From Candidatus Babeliales bacterium (GTDB taxonomy: Bacteria; Babelota; Babeliae; Babelales; Vermiphilaceae), in the NCBI GenBank assembly GCA_044451405.1, contig JBIOKB010000005.1:1-37402 (forward strand): DNA of 37,402 nucleotides, in the 5' to 3' direction. The position numbers and the translations under genes were made by a program. Shown here one piece after another: positions 24,084 to 34,270 of this stretch. Below the pieces are notes generated by a model, which did not search any database, had not been told where the DNA came from, and was given only the letters and a program-made list of their open reading frames with translations. Each line of letters begins with the position of its first letter. The first letter of the stretch is position 1.

Positions 24084-25180
24084 ATAGTTCCACACCCCAA
24101 ACGCCGGGTACCGTCTGCTTTATTGCGGGTCGATCGGGCGGGCATCTCATACCAGCTCTTACCTTAGCTGAGCGGCATAAAGATCAATTTCCTGATGATG
24201 AAATTGTATTTTTTTCTACTAATACCTCCCTTGATTGCCGCATCCTCCAAGAAAGTAAGCGCAAGGTAATTGATGAGTATATTACCTTTGATTTGGATAA
24301 CGTACCTCACCGCTTACTTGAATATCCTGCCTATGCGTTCAAGGTATTGAAAGTCTTTTGCTACGCTTTTAAATTCTTTTATACGCGCAAACCTAAAAAG
24401 ATTGTAAGTACCGGCGGCTATATATCGGTACCCATATGTTATGCCGCATACCTGGTGCGTGTTTATATAGAACTCCATGAATTTAATGTTATTCCGGGGC
24501 AAGCCATTAAGCTCATGTCCAAGTTTGCAAATCGCGTATTTATCTCCTTTGGAGAAGCATCTATCCAGTTACGCTCGGTTGCCTGCTCATTGGTTGGCTA
24601 CCCGGTACGGTTCCCTCCTGCTATGCGTGAATGGCCTCAAGAAGTAGTGGTCACTGGTATCGAACTTTCTTCCGTACGTAAAACGTTATTTATTGTGGGT
24701 GGATCTCAAGGCTCACTGTTTATTAATGGTCTTATCAGAGAATGGGTACTGCGCAACCATGAATATTATCATCTATTACAGATAATCCATCAGACGGGAT
24801 CTCAAGATCCCTTTAATTGGAAAGAATTTTATAACCAGCTTGGTATTCCTGCTATTGTGTTTGATTTTAGCGATCATGTGGAACATTACTACCTAGCAGC
24901 TGACCTTATTGTTAATCGCGCCGGCGCTGGCACTTTATTTGAGATTCTCTTTTTCCCGCGCAAGAGTATTACCATACCGCTTGAAAGCCCAACAACCGAT
25001 CATCAAGTAGCTAATGCTGAGGCAATTGCTGCTATTTATCCCCATGTTTTTACCATATTTAAGCAATCAGATATAACCAAAGATCCCACTGACTTATTTA
25101 AGAAGATGACCGAGCACCTCTTTTTACAACCAAAGCCGTCATACCGGACTATTACACGCACCTTTACCCGCTTTACTTAA
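24080..25180 (+). CDS. murG: Undecaprenyldiphospho-muramoylpentapeptide N-acetylglucosaminyltransferase
   Basis: G.SGGHLIPA, STGGYISVP, HE.NVIPG, G.PVR, GGSQGS, RAGAGT..E, DHQ..NA. Confidence 0.93.
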   Translation: MNSSTPQTPGTVCFIAGRSGGHLIPALTLAERHKDQFPDDEIVFFSTNTSLDCRILQESKRKVIDEYITFDLDNVPHRLLEYPAYAFKVLKVFCYAFKFFYTRKPKKIVSTGGYISVPICYAAYLVRVYIELHEFNVIPGQAIKLMSKFANRVFISFGEASIQLRSVACSLVGYPVRFPPAMREWPQEVVVTGIELSSVRKTLFIVGGSQGSLFINGLIREWVLRNHEYYHLLQIIHQTGSQDPFNWKEFYNQLGIPAIVFDFSDHVEHYYLAADLIVNRAGAGTLFEILFFPRKSITIPLESPTTDHQVANAEAIAAIYPHVFTIFKQSDITKDPTDLFKKMTEHLFLQPKPSYRTITRTFTRFT

Positions 25181-27132
25181 AAGCCAAAGCTCCTTACTTT
25201 TTTCTCTTTTTCTTCAGCTTCTTCCAATATCTTTATAACCTGTTCTTGAATAGCTGGGTTTGCCTCTGCATTATCCCTTACAATATCAAGTGCTGACTTT
25301 CCCTGTCCATTGCGCACCCTAACAAGTGCTCTTTGTCGCAATAATGCCTTAAGAAGTTGTATAGATTCTTCGTTTTGCAATTCGCTTGAAGCAAAGAATA
25401 TCAAAGCAGTATTCATATTGGAGTCAAATGTATTTACCTGAATTTCAGGTGCATCAAGTAATGCAAGAACTGGCGCTAAAAAACCTAATTCAGCCGCAAG
25501 CATCAATGGCGTCACCCCTTGCTCATTTTCTCTATTGACATCAACTCCCGCTTTAATAAGCGCTTGTATAATAGCGGCATTGTTATGCTCTATTGCTAAG
25601 GTGAGTGGCGTAATATTGTTAAATGTAGCTTCAACATCTGGTTGTGGGTCACGTGCAAGAAGTTCTGCCACCCGCTTTACATCCCCATGATTAATTGCTT
25701 TAAATAATGCAGCTGCAGGAGTTTTTGCAATCGGATCACAGCCTATATCAACATCAAAGAGGAGCGTAATCCACTCATTAAATAACAACTCATTTCTACC
25801 TCTGAACTCATCAATCATCTCTTGCACATAGATAGCAACACTCTTTCCGTGTGATCGAACACAAATGTCAGCGCCTCTATCAATCAAAAATTGTGCCACA
25901 ACAAGATTGTAATTTGAAATTGCAGCAATAAGCGGTATTGAACGACTTTGAGCACCTCCAACAACACCATTTATATCTGCTTTAGTAAGCAACACTTCAA
26001 TAATCTGACATTGTACTGCACTAAATTGTGGTGCATCGTGCATACGAAATTTCCAATTAGAGTCAAAATGGGCGCTCGCTACAAGCGCTAAGGGAGTGCT
26101 TCCAAACCGATTAAGAACATTGGGCTCCGCTCCTGCTGCAAGCAATTCAGTAACAATGGCTAACATTGCTTGTGGGACCTCACACATAACTGCAGCTATG
26201 ATGGGTGTTTGATTAACATACTGATAATTAACATTAACCTTATGCGCTAAAAGTGCTTTTACTTTTTTTACATCCCCTATCTTTGCTGCATTAATTAACT
26301 GCAACGCTTCATAATCAACTTTACCTGAAACTTTCAATAATAGTTCTTCTGCTTCACGTGCGTGAGATTGCATAGCTATTTGCAATGCAGTATCGCCATG
26401 GGCGTTCTCTTGTTTTAATTCAAATGATACCAGTGATATTCTTTTTTCCTTCGCTTCTTGGGTAAGGTTGTCCAATATTACTTGTATGATTTTTGAATCA
26501 TTGCGGCGGGAAGCCATCATAAGCACTGTTTGCATTTCGTTGTTAGACATATGCAAACTTGCGCCACGACTTAATAAGAATTCCACCACTGGCACATGAC
26601 CCCCACGAGTTGCATACATCAAGGCAGTATCACCTTGTACATTGTGTGCATTTATCCGTTTCCCTTTACTATAGCTTACTAACAATTCACATATCCGAAG
26701 ATCACCATATTCTGCTGCACGCATGAGCGGTGTTTCTCTAAATTTATTTTGAGCACCAATTTTAACCCCTTGTTGGAACATCTTTCCAACTTCTGCAACA
26801 TATTTTTTATGTTCTTCAGGGTTCTTTCTCTGCATAGCCTCTACCGCTTTCATAATTGTATGCATAATCGGCGTATCTTCTTCTTGTTCTAACCGTATTT
26901 CTTCTGGATTATCACCAACCTCTGTGCGTGGCCCTACTACAACAGGGCTCGGTTTTTTTGTCTTTCTTTTAACATCATGACGAGTTCTGCCTGTTGAACG
27001 ACGACGTGGTTTATAAAACGATGTAGCAGCAGTTTTTTCTTTTTTCTCTTTTTGTTCAACCTCAGCAGCGCCAACAGACATACTCATACTTGCACTCAGT
27101 ACAAGCAGATAGAAACGATAGATTGTGTTCAT
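25177..27132 (-). CDS. Secreted ankyrin-repeat protein
   Basis: Many TPL/TAL ankyrin repeats; signal peptide from MNTIYRF with AAGGA RBS (ORF track starts at 27180). Confidence 0.92.
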   Translation of the reverse strand: MNTIYRFYLLVLSASMSMSVGAAEVEQKEKKEKTAATSFYKPRRRSTGRTRHDVKRKTKKPSPVVVGPRTEVGDNPEEIRLEQEEDTPIMHTIMKAVEAMQRKNPEEHKKYVAEVGKMFQQGVKIGAQNKFRETPLMRAAEYGDLRICELLVSYSKGKRINAHNVQGDTALMYATRGGHVPVVEFLLSRGASLHMSNNEMQTVLMMASRRNDSKIIQVILDNLTQEAKEKRISLVSFELKQENAHGDTALQIAMQSHAREAEELLLKVSGKVDYEALQLINAAKIGDVKKVKALLAHKVNVNYQYVNQTPIIAAVMCEVPQAMLAIVTELLAAGAEPNVLNRFGSTPLALVASAHFDSNWKFRMHDAPQFSAVQCQIIEVLLTKADINGVVGGAQSRSIPLIAAISNYNLVVAQFLIDRGADICVRSHGKSVAIYVQEMIDEFRGRNELLFNEWITLLFDVDIGCDPIAKTPAAALFKAINHGDVKRVAELLARDPQPDVEATFNNITPLTLAIEHNNAAIIQALIKAGVDVNRENEQGVTPLMLAAELGFLAPVLALLDAPEIQVNTFDSNMNTALIFFASSELQNEESIQLLKALLRQRALVRVRNGQGKSALDIVRDNAEANPAIQEQVIKILEEAEEKEKKVRSFGF

Positions 27133-27219
27133 TGCTATCCTTACACATAACAGTTTTATTAAGTGAAAAAACCATACCAAGAGATAAAGAATGGTGTATA
27201 GAGATTGATAAACGAGTAT

Positions 27220-29127
27220 TTACACTAAAATGGAAATCGCTTCCGGATCATCATGATTTCTCATGATACGTCCGGTCATTTCATTAATGCATAATGTGCG
27301 TAATGACGGATCATAGCTAAAATGGGTGCGTGTATACGGAAGCTCGCGCATTAATGATAACCAGATAGGAAATTCAGTAGTAACGGGGAATACATTTTTG
27401 CCCATGGGACTATTATCATCACGACCTAAATAAATGGCTGTTGTATAATCAGGCGTTGACCCAACATACCAGCAGGTACGCGAATCGTTGGTAGTACCCG
27501 TTTTACTGATTCCCTCTGTTTTAATCCATGGTCCTTGATGATACGAGCGCACGCGCTCAAGGCCAAGGGTTAATACTTTGGTAACTTGACTACAGATAAC
27601 ACTCGTTATCACCTGCTGCGGACCTGGTTGCCACTTCCATACTTTTTTGCCCCACCGATCTTTAATCCAGGAAACCATATGCGGTTCTACATACACACCA
27701 TCATGGGCAAAGATATTAAACATACCAACAACATCTAACACCGTTGCTTCAAGGCATCCAAGTGCAAGTGATGGGTATGGATGACGCTCAGCAGATAAAT
27801 GGCATTGTTGTGCTAATGCTATGACCTGATCTATCCCAACTGCCAGTAATGTTTTAATGGCAACAATGTTATTCGAATGGGACAATGCATAGGCTAACGT
27901 AATTTCTCCTTCAAATTCTCCTGTAGCATTTTTAGGAGACCAGATAGTAGGCCCTTGCTGTAATTCAAGTGGCTCATCAAGCGCTGTATCTGCAAATGTC
28001 ATTCCTTCCTGCAGCGCCGCTACATACACCAGCGGTTTAAATGTTGAGCCCATTTGGCGTTTTGCTTGTAATGCACGGTTAAATTTTGACTGGGCATAAT
28101 CAAAACCACCCACCATCGCTTTAATATCACCAGTAGCACCATGCATGGTAATTAATGCACCATCAATATCAGACGCTATAGTTTTTCGTAATAGGGAAAA
28201 CTGTTCTTTAAAATAGTGTTCTGCTTTGCATTGCATATCTTTGTTTAATGTCGTTTGTACCGTAAGCCCGACCGTATACAATGCTGTTTTACCTATCTGA
28301 TTTTCCAACCATACACGCAATGATTCACGTGCATGGGGCGCATATACTACCGGTTCATCGTGTACTAAATGCAGTGATTGTTTACATGCCTGCGTATACT
28401 CATCATGGGTTATAGAGGCTAGCGTACGCATGGAACGTAAAATTACATCGCGGCGACGCTGGGCCGATAATGGACACGTTAATGGACAATAACTACCGGG
28501 TGATCGTACAACAGCAGCAAGCACTGCCGCTTCATCAATGGTTACCTGCGCAGCAGATTTGCCCCAAAAGCGTTGGCTTGCCGCTTCAACACCATAAATG
28601 CCGTACCCAAAGTAGACATGATTTAAGTAGGTATTTAAAATCTGTTCTTTCGTAAATTGTTGTTCAACAATTAAGGCTAGCAACTGTTCTTTAATTTTTC
28701 GGGACAATGTTTTTTGACTATCAAAAAAGAGAAGTTTGATAAGCTGTTGGGTAATGGTGCTGGCTCCTTGCACAATACGTCCATGGTACAGATTAACGCA
28801 CAAAGAACGGATAATGCCTTTCCATGAAATACCCGCATGCTTAAAAAATGACCAATCTTCTGCTGCAATAAAAGCATTAATTAAATGCTTGGGCATAACA
28901 TCCAATGGAATGGGGTCGCGACGATCAAGCTGAAATCGCATAAGTTCAGTTCCTTGATCATCAAGCACGATGGTTGGCAATCCGGGGTTATAATTTTCCA
29001 GTGCTGAAAAATCGACGCTTTTGTTATGGAGAACGTAGAGCATCACGCCGCTTACAAAAGCGGTACTGATGACAAAACAGAAGATAAAAAGGCGGAGTAA
29101 GAGCTTTAAGAACATATGGCGCAACAA
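27220..29127 (-). CDS. Class A penicillin-binding protein (PBP1A family)
   Basis: Transglycosylase AED..F..H.G, QGASTITQQ, RKIKE; transpeptidase STFK, SNN, KTGT. Confidence 0.94.
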   Translation of the reverse strand: MLRHMFLKLLLRLFIFCFVISTAFVSGVMLYVLHNKSVDFSALENYNPGLPTIVLDDQGTELMRFQLDRRDPIPLDVMPKHLINAFIAAEDWSFFKHAGISWKGIIRSLCVNLYHGRIVQGASTITQQLIKLLFFDSQKTLSRKIKEQLLALIVEQQFTKEQILNTYLNHVYFGYGIYGVEAASQRFWGKSAAQVTIDEAAVLAAVVRSPGSYCPLTCPLSAQRRRDVILRSMRTLASITHDEYTQACKQSLHLVHDEPVVYAPHARESLRVWLENQIGKTALYTVGLTVQTTLNKDMQCKAEHYFKEQFSLLRKTIASDIDGALITMHGATGDIKAMVGGFDYAQSKFNRALQAKRQMGSTFKPLVYVAALQEGMTFADTALDEPLELQQGPTIWSPKNATGEFEGEITLAYALSHSNNIVAIKTLLAVGIDQVIALAQQCHLSAERHPYPSLALGCLEATVLDVVGMFNIFAHDGVYVEPHMVSWIKDRWGKKVWKWQPGPQQVITSVICSQVTKVLTLGLERVRSYHQGPWIKTEGISKTGTTNDSRTCWYVGSTPDYTTAIYLGRDDNSPMGKNVFPVTTEFPIWLSLMRELPYTRTHFSYDPSLRTLCINEMTGRIMRNHDDPEAISILV

Positions 29128-29182
29128 TGGTGTAAAAGATTTATTAAGAGTTGTAGTTTAGCACATTATTTTCTTAAAATCA

Positions 29183-29212
29183 TTGACCCTAAACACGTCC
29201 TCTCTCTATATT
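29183..29212 (+). promoter_or_regulatory. Putative sigma70-type promoter
   Basis: TTGACC, 18-nt spacer, TATATT upstream of 29256. Confidence 0.5.
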
Positions 29213-29255
29213 TTCATTTGAATACTATTTCATACTAAAAAAAGGGAACCGTGAT

Positions 29256-29789
29256 ATGAATAAAATTTCTTTAGTGATGCTCAGCGCACTCGTAATGAGT
29301 TCAAGCGTATTTGCTGCATCTAACAATAGACAATCAAAACAAGCCAAAAGCTATGCTCAGCAAAAAGGCGTTATTAATGGTGAAATCTCTCGAGCAGAAC
29401 TGATGCTCCAAGAAAAAAATTTCAAAGTAAATGATATTAAACGCATGTTAGAAATGGCTAAACAAGATGTCCGTGACGCAATACAAAATGTTACTCGTTC
29501 AAAAGAAGAAAATCACCAGCTTGATACGTGGTTTACCAGTTTGCCGGCACGTTCTGGTGAAAAAAATCAGATAACTGAAGCGCATAGCTATGCAATTAAA
29601 AAAGAAGCTATTGATAATAAAATTATTGGTGTAGAAAGAATACTCCAAGAAAAAGATTTCAGAGTCCAGGATATTACACGCATGTTAGAGATGGCCCAAC
29701 AAGAACAGCACGACGCTACACGAGAATTAGAAGTCGCAAACAAAAAACTTGCAGAACTTGATCAGTGGTTTAGATCTTTACCGCGTTAA
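29256..29789 (+). CDS. Secreted coiled-coil protein with two internal repeats
   Basis: Signal peptide ending VFA; two copies of SYA..K..I...I...E..LQEK.F.V.DI.RMLEMA.Q...DA...LD.WF.SLP. Confidence 0.85.
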   Translation: MNKISLVMLSALVMSSSVFAASNNRQSKQAKSYAQQKGVINGEISRAELMLQEKNFKVNDIKRMLEMAKQDVRDAIQNVTRSKEENHQLDTWFTSLPARSGEKNQITEAHSYAIKKEAIDNKIIGVERILQEKDFRVQDITRMLEMAQQEQHDATRELEVANKKLAELDQWFRSLPR

Positions 29790-29812
29790 TAACAACAATT
29801 CATACAACTATT

Positions 29813-29842
29813 AAAAGCCTGCTTAAAACTGCAGGCTTTTTT
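29813..29842. terminator. Bidirectional intrinsic terminator
   Basis: AAAAGCCTGC / GCAGGCTTTT(TT) between convergent genes. Confidence 0.88.
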
Positions 29843-29843
29843 A

Positions 29844-30131
29844 TTATGTAGTTACAGTATCAGTAGTTGTATTTTCTTCTGTAAGATACAGGAGCTGGCG
29901 AATGCGTTTTCTAAAATTACTGCGATGATAATAGAGTATGCCACTTACTGCAGCAGTAATAATTAACAACGTTGTATAGGGATAGGTACGCACATAATAA
30001 AAAGATTCTGTTGGTTCACCCGGAAATCCGGCAAAGGTTTCCTCCCTTGGTGTGCTGACTTGATCAGCAAAACACACCTGCACCATCATGAACATACTTA
30101 TGAGCACCATTATTTTTTTCTTCATGAACAC
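29844..30131 (-). CDS. Small hypothetical membrane protein
   Basis: Signal peptide plus one TM helix with a basic tail; GGGAG RBS (true start may be 30125). Confidence 0.7.
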   Translation of the reverse strand: MFMKKKIMVLISMFMMVQVCFADQVSTPREETFAGFPGEPTESFYYVRTYPYTTLLIITAAVSGILYYHRSNFRKRIRQLLYLTEENTTTDTVTT

Positions 30132-30214
30132 ACTCCCTTACACAACTTTCCCTTGATGGCAAACAAGCGACACTATACACTAGAACCATTTTAAAATTAT
30201 ACAGTTGAGCGATT

Positions 30215-30658
30215 ATGAAAGCGATCACCAAGTTTTTTTATCCGTATATATGCGGCATTCTATTACTCCTCCTTGATATTGCATGCTGTGCTTTCTTTCA
30301 CAAGCAACTCATCTATGGAGTCCTGTGTATTTTTATTATATCTCTGATGCGATTCCCTTCATGGATGCTCTGGCTCTTTCTTACCCTCCTGTTATTTCTT
30401 GAATCTTTCTTTTATTACAGTAATTGCTGGGTAGCTCTTATATATATACTACCCCTCACGCTGTTAGCGGCCTATATGCGCAGGAGTTGGTATGAGTCAT
30501 ATGCGCAGCGTTACCTATTGCTGCTCATCGCACTCGGGACCATATGCCTGTATATAGAACCCTGTATTTTAGGCCTTTTAAGCACTCCCACCTATATATT
30601 GACCAAAATTTTTGCTACCTTATGTGTATTAACCACCATCTCATGGATAGTTGGTTAG
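30215..30658 (+). CDS. Hypothetical multi-pass membrane protein, weakly MreD-like
   Basis: 147 aa, about five hydrophobic segments; the MreD resemblance rests on size and topology only. Confidence 0.55.
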   Translation: MKAITKFFYPYICGILLLLLDIACCAFFHKQLIYGVLCIFIISLMRFPSWMLWLFLTLLLFLESFFYYSNCWVALIYILPLTLLAAYMRRSWYESYAQRYLLLLIALGTICLYIEPCILGLLSTPTYILTKIFATLCVLTTISWIVG

Positions 30659-30670
30659 TCATTGACAAAT

Positions 30671-31029
30671 ATACAGGTCACTCAGGCAATCGCTTGCCTT
30701 AAGCAAGAGGAAAGTCCGGACTCCTAACAAACAAGGTACCATATGAGAGGTTCACTCATGTATGGGGGGCGTAAGCCCATGGAAAGTGCCACAGAAAATA
30801 ACCACCCAATACTTGCTTTGGCAAGTTATTGGGTAAGGGTGAAAACGTGCGGTAAGAGCGCACGCGTAGTACGAGCAATCGTAATACGGGGCAAACCCTA
30901 CCTGGAGCAAGACAAACAGTACGTTCGGTTGTTTGTTCCGTTTTAAACGTACGGGTACGTTGCTTAGATAAATGGTTGCCACATCATAAAATCTATGATG
31001 ACAGAATCCGGCTTATGAGTGGCCTGTAT
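30671..31029 (+). ncRNA. rnpB: RNase P RNA, bacterial type A, lacking P18
   Basis: GAGGAAAGTCC, AGTGCCACAGAAA, GGGTGAAA, GGTAAGAGC, GGCAAACCC, GAGCAAG, AGATAAATG, ACAGAATCCGGCTTA; P1 ATACAGGTCACTCA / TGAGTGGCCTGTAT. Confidence 0.97.
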
Positions 31030-31043
31030 CATCTATACCTACA

Positions 31044-31772
31044 TTGGAACACCGCGTGAAAAATAGTCGACAGTATCTTTGGATTATTCCCTTTGTTAGT
31101 TTTGTAGGCGGGTACTACCTGATGAGTACCCTCTATACCAACAAAATCATACAAACACCCGTAGTTGTTGGTATGCCTGTTGCTCAAGCAGTACGGCTTT
31201 TATCTGATCATAATTTAAACATACGCATTCTTGCTGAAAAGGAAGATGCTGATCTTCCTGCTGGAACCATCATAAGTCAAAATCCTACAGGCGGAAGCTC
31301 CATAAAACCGCAACAATCAATTTTTTTAGTCGTCTCAACCACACCTCAACCAACCATAATTCCTCGTTTTATTGGCTGTTCTGCGCAAGACATTGAAAAG
31401 ATAGCGCATGAGCGCAATTTTAAATATAAGTTGCATAGCCTCGAAAGCAATTACCCGAGCAATACCTGTTTTGCCCAATGGCCTGCACCGGGTACCGTTA
31501 TTGATAAAGAGCCGCTGGTAGTCTATATAGCTGCCCCTAATCGCAAACCTATTATCATGCCCAGCTTTATTGGACGCCCTGTCCCTGAAGTTGCTGATTT
31601 TTTAACGAGTCATGAGATGGTTCCCCAGCTGATTCACCAGCCTGCAGTACCTGATGGGCATATTTGCTCGTCTGCATGCAGAATCACCGATCAACGCCCT
31701 ATGGCAGGGTCGTTAGTCGCCCGTAATAGCACCGCTCCCCTGCATATTCACTTGCAAGTTGAAGAGCGGTAG
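31044..31772 (+). CDS. PASTA-domain membrane protein
   Basis: N-terminal TM, then three repeats (P.VVG....A; G.IISQNP..G; P.FIG; Q.P..G). Confidence 0.88.
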   Translation: MEHRVKNSRQYLWIIPFVSFVGGYYLMSTLYTNKIIQTPVVVGMPVAQAVRLLSDHNLNIRILAEKEDADLPAGTIISQNPTGGSSIKPQQSIFLVVSTTPQPTIIPRFIGCSAQDIEKIAHERNFKYKLHSLESNYPSNTCFAQWPAPGTVIDKEPLVVYIAAPNRKPIIMPSFIGRPVPEVADFLTSHEMVPQLIHQPAVPDGHICSSACRITDQRPMAGSLVARNSTAPLHIHLQVEER

Positions 31773-31859
31773 AAAGCCCTATTTTATAGGGGTTCTTTAC
31801 AATAAATGCCTATCTTGCTAGGTTAATCTATATAACGTATCCCCCTAAATGGAGATCTC

Positions 31860-32606
31860 ATGAACCGCACTAAACTCTCTTTCCTGGTACTCTGCTTACT
31901 TGCCCTTACCTCCCTTATTAACTATGCAGCACAACCAGCCCATGAACCCTACACTCCTCAAAACACAATTCAACTTTTTGACGTTGATGAAGTGCTCGTA
32001 CGCCGTACCATGAGCGTCAAAGATTTTTTATGGGAGCATATGGGCACTTTATTGTACAGTCTTCCCATAGGGCATAAGCTCCTACCATTATACTGCAGGG
32101 GTGCATCCGCTTCTGAATTCATTAAAGTGTGTGAAGATGCCGGTTACAAGGACACCGCCAATGCCATTAGAAACATGTTACTTGCTCGCGTCATTATGCC
32201 AGGCATGACAGAATTTATTGAAGCGCGTAAAAAAGAAGGCTATGAGTTGCATATTGCAACCAATCAGTTTCAAGAGGGAATGGATACGTATATAAAAATG
32301 TACCCTGAGTTCTTTAAAAATTTTGACTTTATTTATGTCGGCACGCCAGCACACGGAGACACTAAAGCATTACAAAAACCGGACGTTGATTACTACAACG
32401 ATTATCTAGCAAAAAGACCGAAACCTACTAAGCCGCACACATTCTTCTGGGATGATCGCACTAAAAATGTAGCCGGTGCTCGCAAAGCCGGCATTGATGG
32501 TGCAGTATTTACGGATGCCGAGCAGGCTGAAAACGATTTTAAGAAGAATTTTTCAGGTACACCTACTACATGCGACGAGAAACACCCTGAAATTATCATG
32601 CCATAA
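31860..32606 (+). CDS. Secreted HAD-family hydrolase
   Basis: Signal peptide; LFDVDEV, ATN, KP, WDD...NV..A...G. Confidence 0.85.
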   Translation: MNRTKLSFLVLCLLALTSLINYAAQPAHEPYTPQNTIQLFDVDEVLVRRTMSVKDFLWEHMGTLLYSLPIGHKLLPLYCRGASASEFIKVCEDAGYKDTANAIRNMLLARVIMPGMTEFIEARKKEGYELHIATNQFQEGMDTYIKMYPEFFKNFDFIYVGTPAHGDTKALQKPDVDYYNDYLAKRPKPTKPHTFFWDDRTKNVAGARKAGIDGAVFTDAEQAENDFKKNFSGTPTTCDEKHPEIIMP

Positions 32607-33567
32607 GTACTTGAATAAGATCTGCAACTGATGCGCCCTTCATAACAACATCATGTATCGCATCACACATGGGCACCTCTACACGATGTTCACGTGCTAA
32701 TTGATACAGAGATTGTACCGTGTTAATCCCTTCAGGCATCACGCCATTTTTGCTGCTCACAATAGCTTCACGATCTTGGCCGCTGCCAAATTGTTTACCC
32801 ACGCTTACATTTTTACTCAATGATCCCATGGATGTAAGCACCAAATCGCCAACACCCGCAAGACCATATATCGTCTTACTCGTGCCCCCCATTTTTTTTA
32901 CCAACAACTCTATTTCATACAATCCACGCGTTAACAGCAATGCTTTGGTATTATCGGTATACCCCGCACCATCAAGCATGCCCATACCAAGCGCTATAAC
33001 ATTTTTAAGTGCAGCACACAGCTGAACACCGGTAACATCTGATGAGATCTGGGTGCATACATAGTCTGTTGCCAGCATCTGTGCACAGGTGTGCGCTAAT
33101 GCATGATTTGTTGCAGCAACAACAACACCGGTAGGTTTTTTCTGGGCAAGATCATGTGCATAACTAGGACCTGAAACCACAACGGTTAATACCTGGTGTT
33201 CAAATACGCTATTCATAATAAAACTCGGAAGAAGCTGCGTCTCTTTTTCAATACCCTTGCTGAGCATTACCCAGATCTGTTCGGCTCTATAATAAGGCTT
33301 TGCTTTTTCAAGAACTGATCGCATATGTGCAACGGGAATTGCTTGAAAAATCCAGGTAACATTGGCAAGCGCCTGCTCTAATGATGTTGTCACCTGAATA
33401 CCATCACATAAAAAATGGGGAAAATAGAGCGCGTTATATCCTGTCGTACAAATGGCGTTAGCGACTTCCTCATTATGACACCAGAGGGTAACTTGATACC
33501 CTTTTTCAGCTAATAATCGCGCAATTGCAGTGCCCCACGCGCCATCACCAAGTACTGTTACTTTCAT
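32596..33567 (-). CDS. gpsA: NAD(P)H-dependent glycerol-3-phosphate dehydrogenase
   Basis: G.GAWGTA, SKGIE, SGPS.A, ALKNVIA, GLAGVGDLVLT, EG. Confidence 0.95.
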   Translation of the reverse strand: MKVTVLGDGAWGTAIARLLAEKGYQVTLWCHNEEVANAICTTGYNALYFPHFLCDGIQVTTSLEQALANVTWIFQAIPVAHMRSVLEKAKPYYRAEQIWVMLSKGIEKETQLLPSFIMNSVFEHQVLTVVVSGPSYAHDLAQKKPTGVVVAATNHALAHTCAQMLATDYVCTQISSDVTGVQLCAALKNVIALGMGMLDGAGYTDNTKALLLTRGLYEIELLVKKMGGTSKTIYGLAGVGDLVLTSMGSLSKNVSVGKQFGSGQDREAIVSSKNGVMPEGINTVQSLYQLAREHRVEVPMCDAIHDVVMKGASVADLIQVLMA

Positions 33568-34253
33568 GTGCCAAAATTCCGTTTACCTGCAGTAAAATAA
33601 GAAAACGCTTCTTCTAAATGGTCTGTTGTTATCTCAGGCCACAAACAATCAAGAAAATACAATTCACTATAGGCAGCTTGATATAATAAAAAATTACTCA
33701 GCCGCTTAAATCCACCGGTACGAATAATAAGATCGGGTTCAGGAACATCACCCATCCACAAATGATGGGTTACCAGTTGTTCGGTAATATCATCCTCCGT
33801 TAATTCACCTGCGCATGCCTGGCGTACAATATCTTTGATGCCCCTTATAATTTCTTGGCGGCCACCATAATAAAATAAAATATTAAATTGCAATGCTGTT
33901 CCTGCAGCTGTTTGACGTTCAATATCTTCACATAACGGGATTAAATGCGCAGGAAATAGAGTACGATCACCAACAAAGCGGACGTTGATATTATGAGCAA
34001 TAAATTCTTCTATACCCTTGGTTGCTTCACTAATCATGAGTTCAAAAAGATAGTTCTTTTCTTGATGAGAGCGCTGATGGTTTTCTATGGAAAATGTATA
34101 GAGCGAAAGATGTGAAATATGTTTTTTTAAACAAAAATCGACGGCACGTTTGACCGCCTCTACACCCTGCCGATGCCCATAGGCTGCTGCAAGTCCCTGT
34201 TTTTTTGCCCACCGACGATTGCCATCCATGATGCATGCAAGATGTTTGATCAT
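33564..34253 (-). CDS. uppS: Undecaprenyl/isoprenyl diphosphate synthase
   Basis: HLACIMDGNRRWA, FSIEN..R, YGGR.EI, PDLIIRTGG..RLSNFL.YQ..YSE. Confidence 0.96.
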   Translation of the reverse strand: MIKHLACIMDGNRRWAKKQGLAAAYGHRQGVEAVKRAVDFCLKKHISHLSLYTFSIENHQRSHQEKNYLFELMISEATKGIEEFIAHNINVRFVGDRTLFPAHLIPLCEDIERQTAAGTALQFNILFYYGGRQEIIRGIKDIVRQACAGELTEDDITEQLVTHHLWMGDVPEPDLIIRTGGFKRLSNFLLYQAAYSELYFLDCLWPEITTDHLEEAFSYFTAGKRNFGT

Positions 34254-34270
34254 AGTTTTTAATGCCTGAA

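Noticed and set aside
30662-30667. TTGACA just before rnpB
   Set aside because: Only 3 nt from P1, so it cannot be the -35 element for this RNA
30743-30982. ORFs 30743..30946 (+) and 30752..30982 (-)
   Set aside because: Lie inside the RNase P RNA gene
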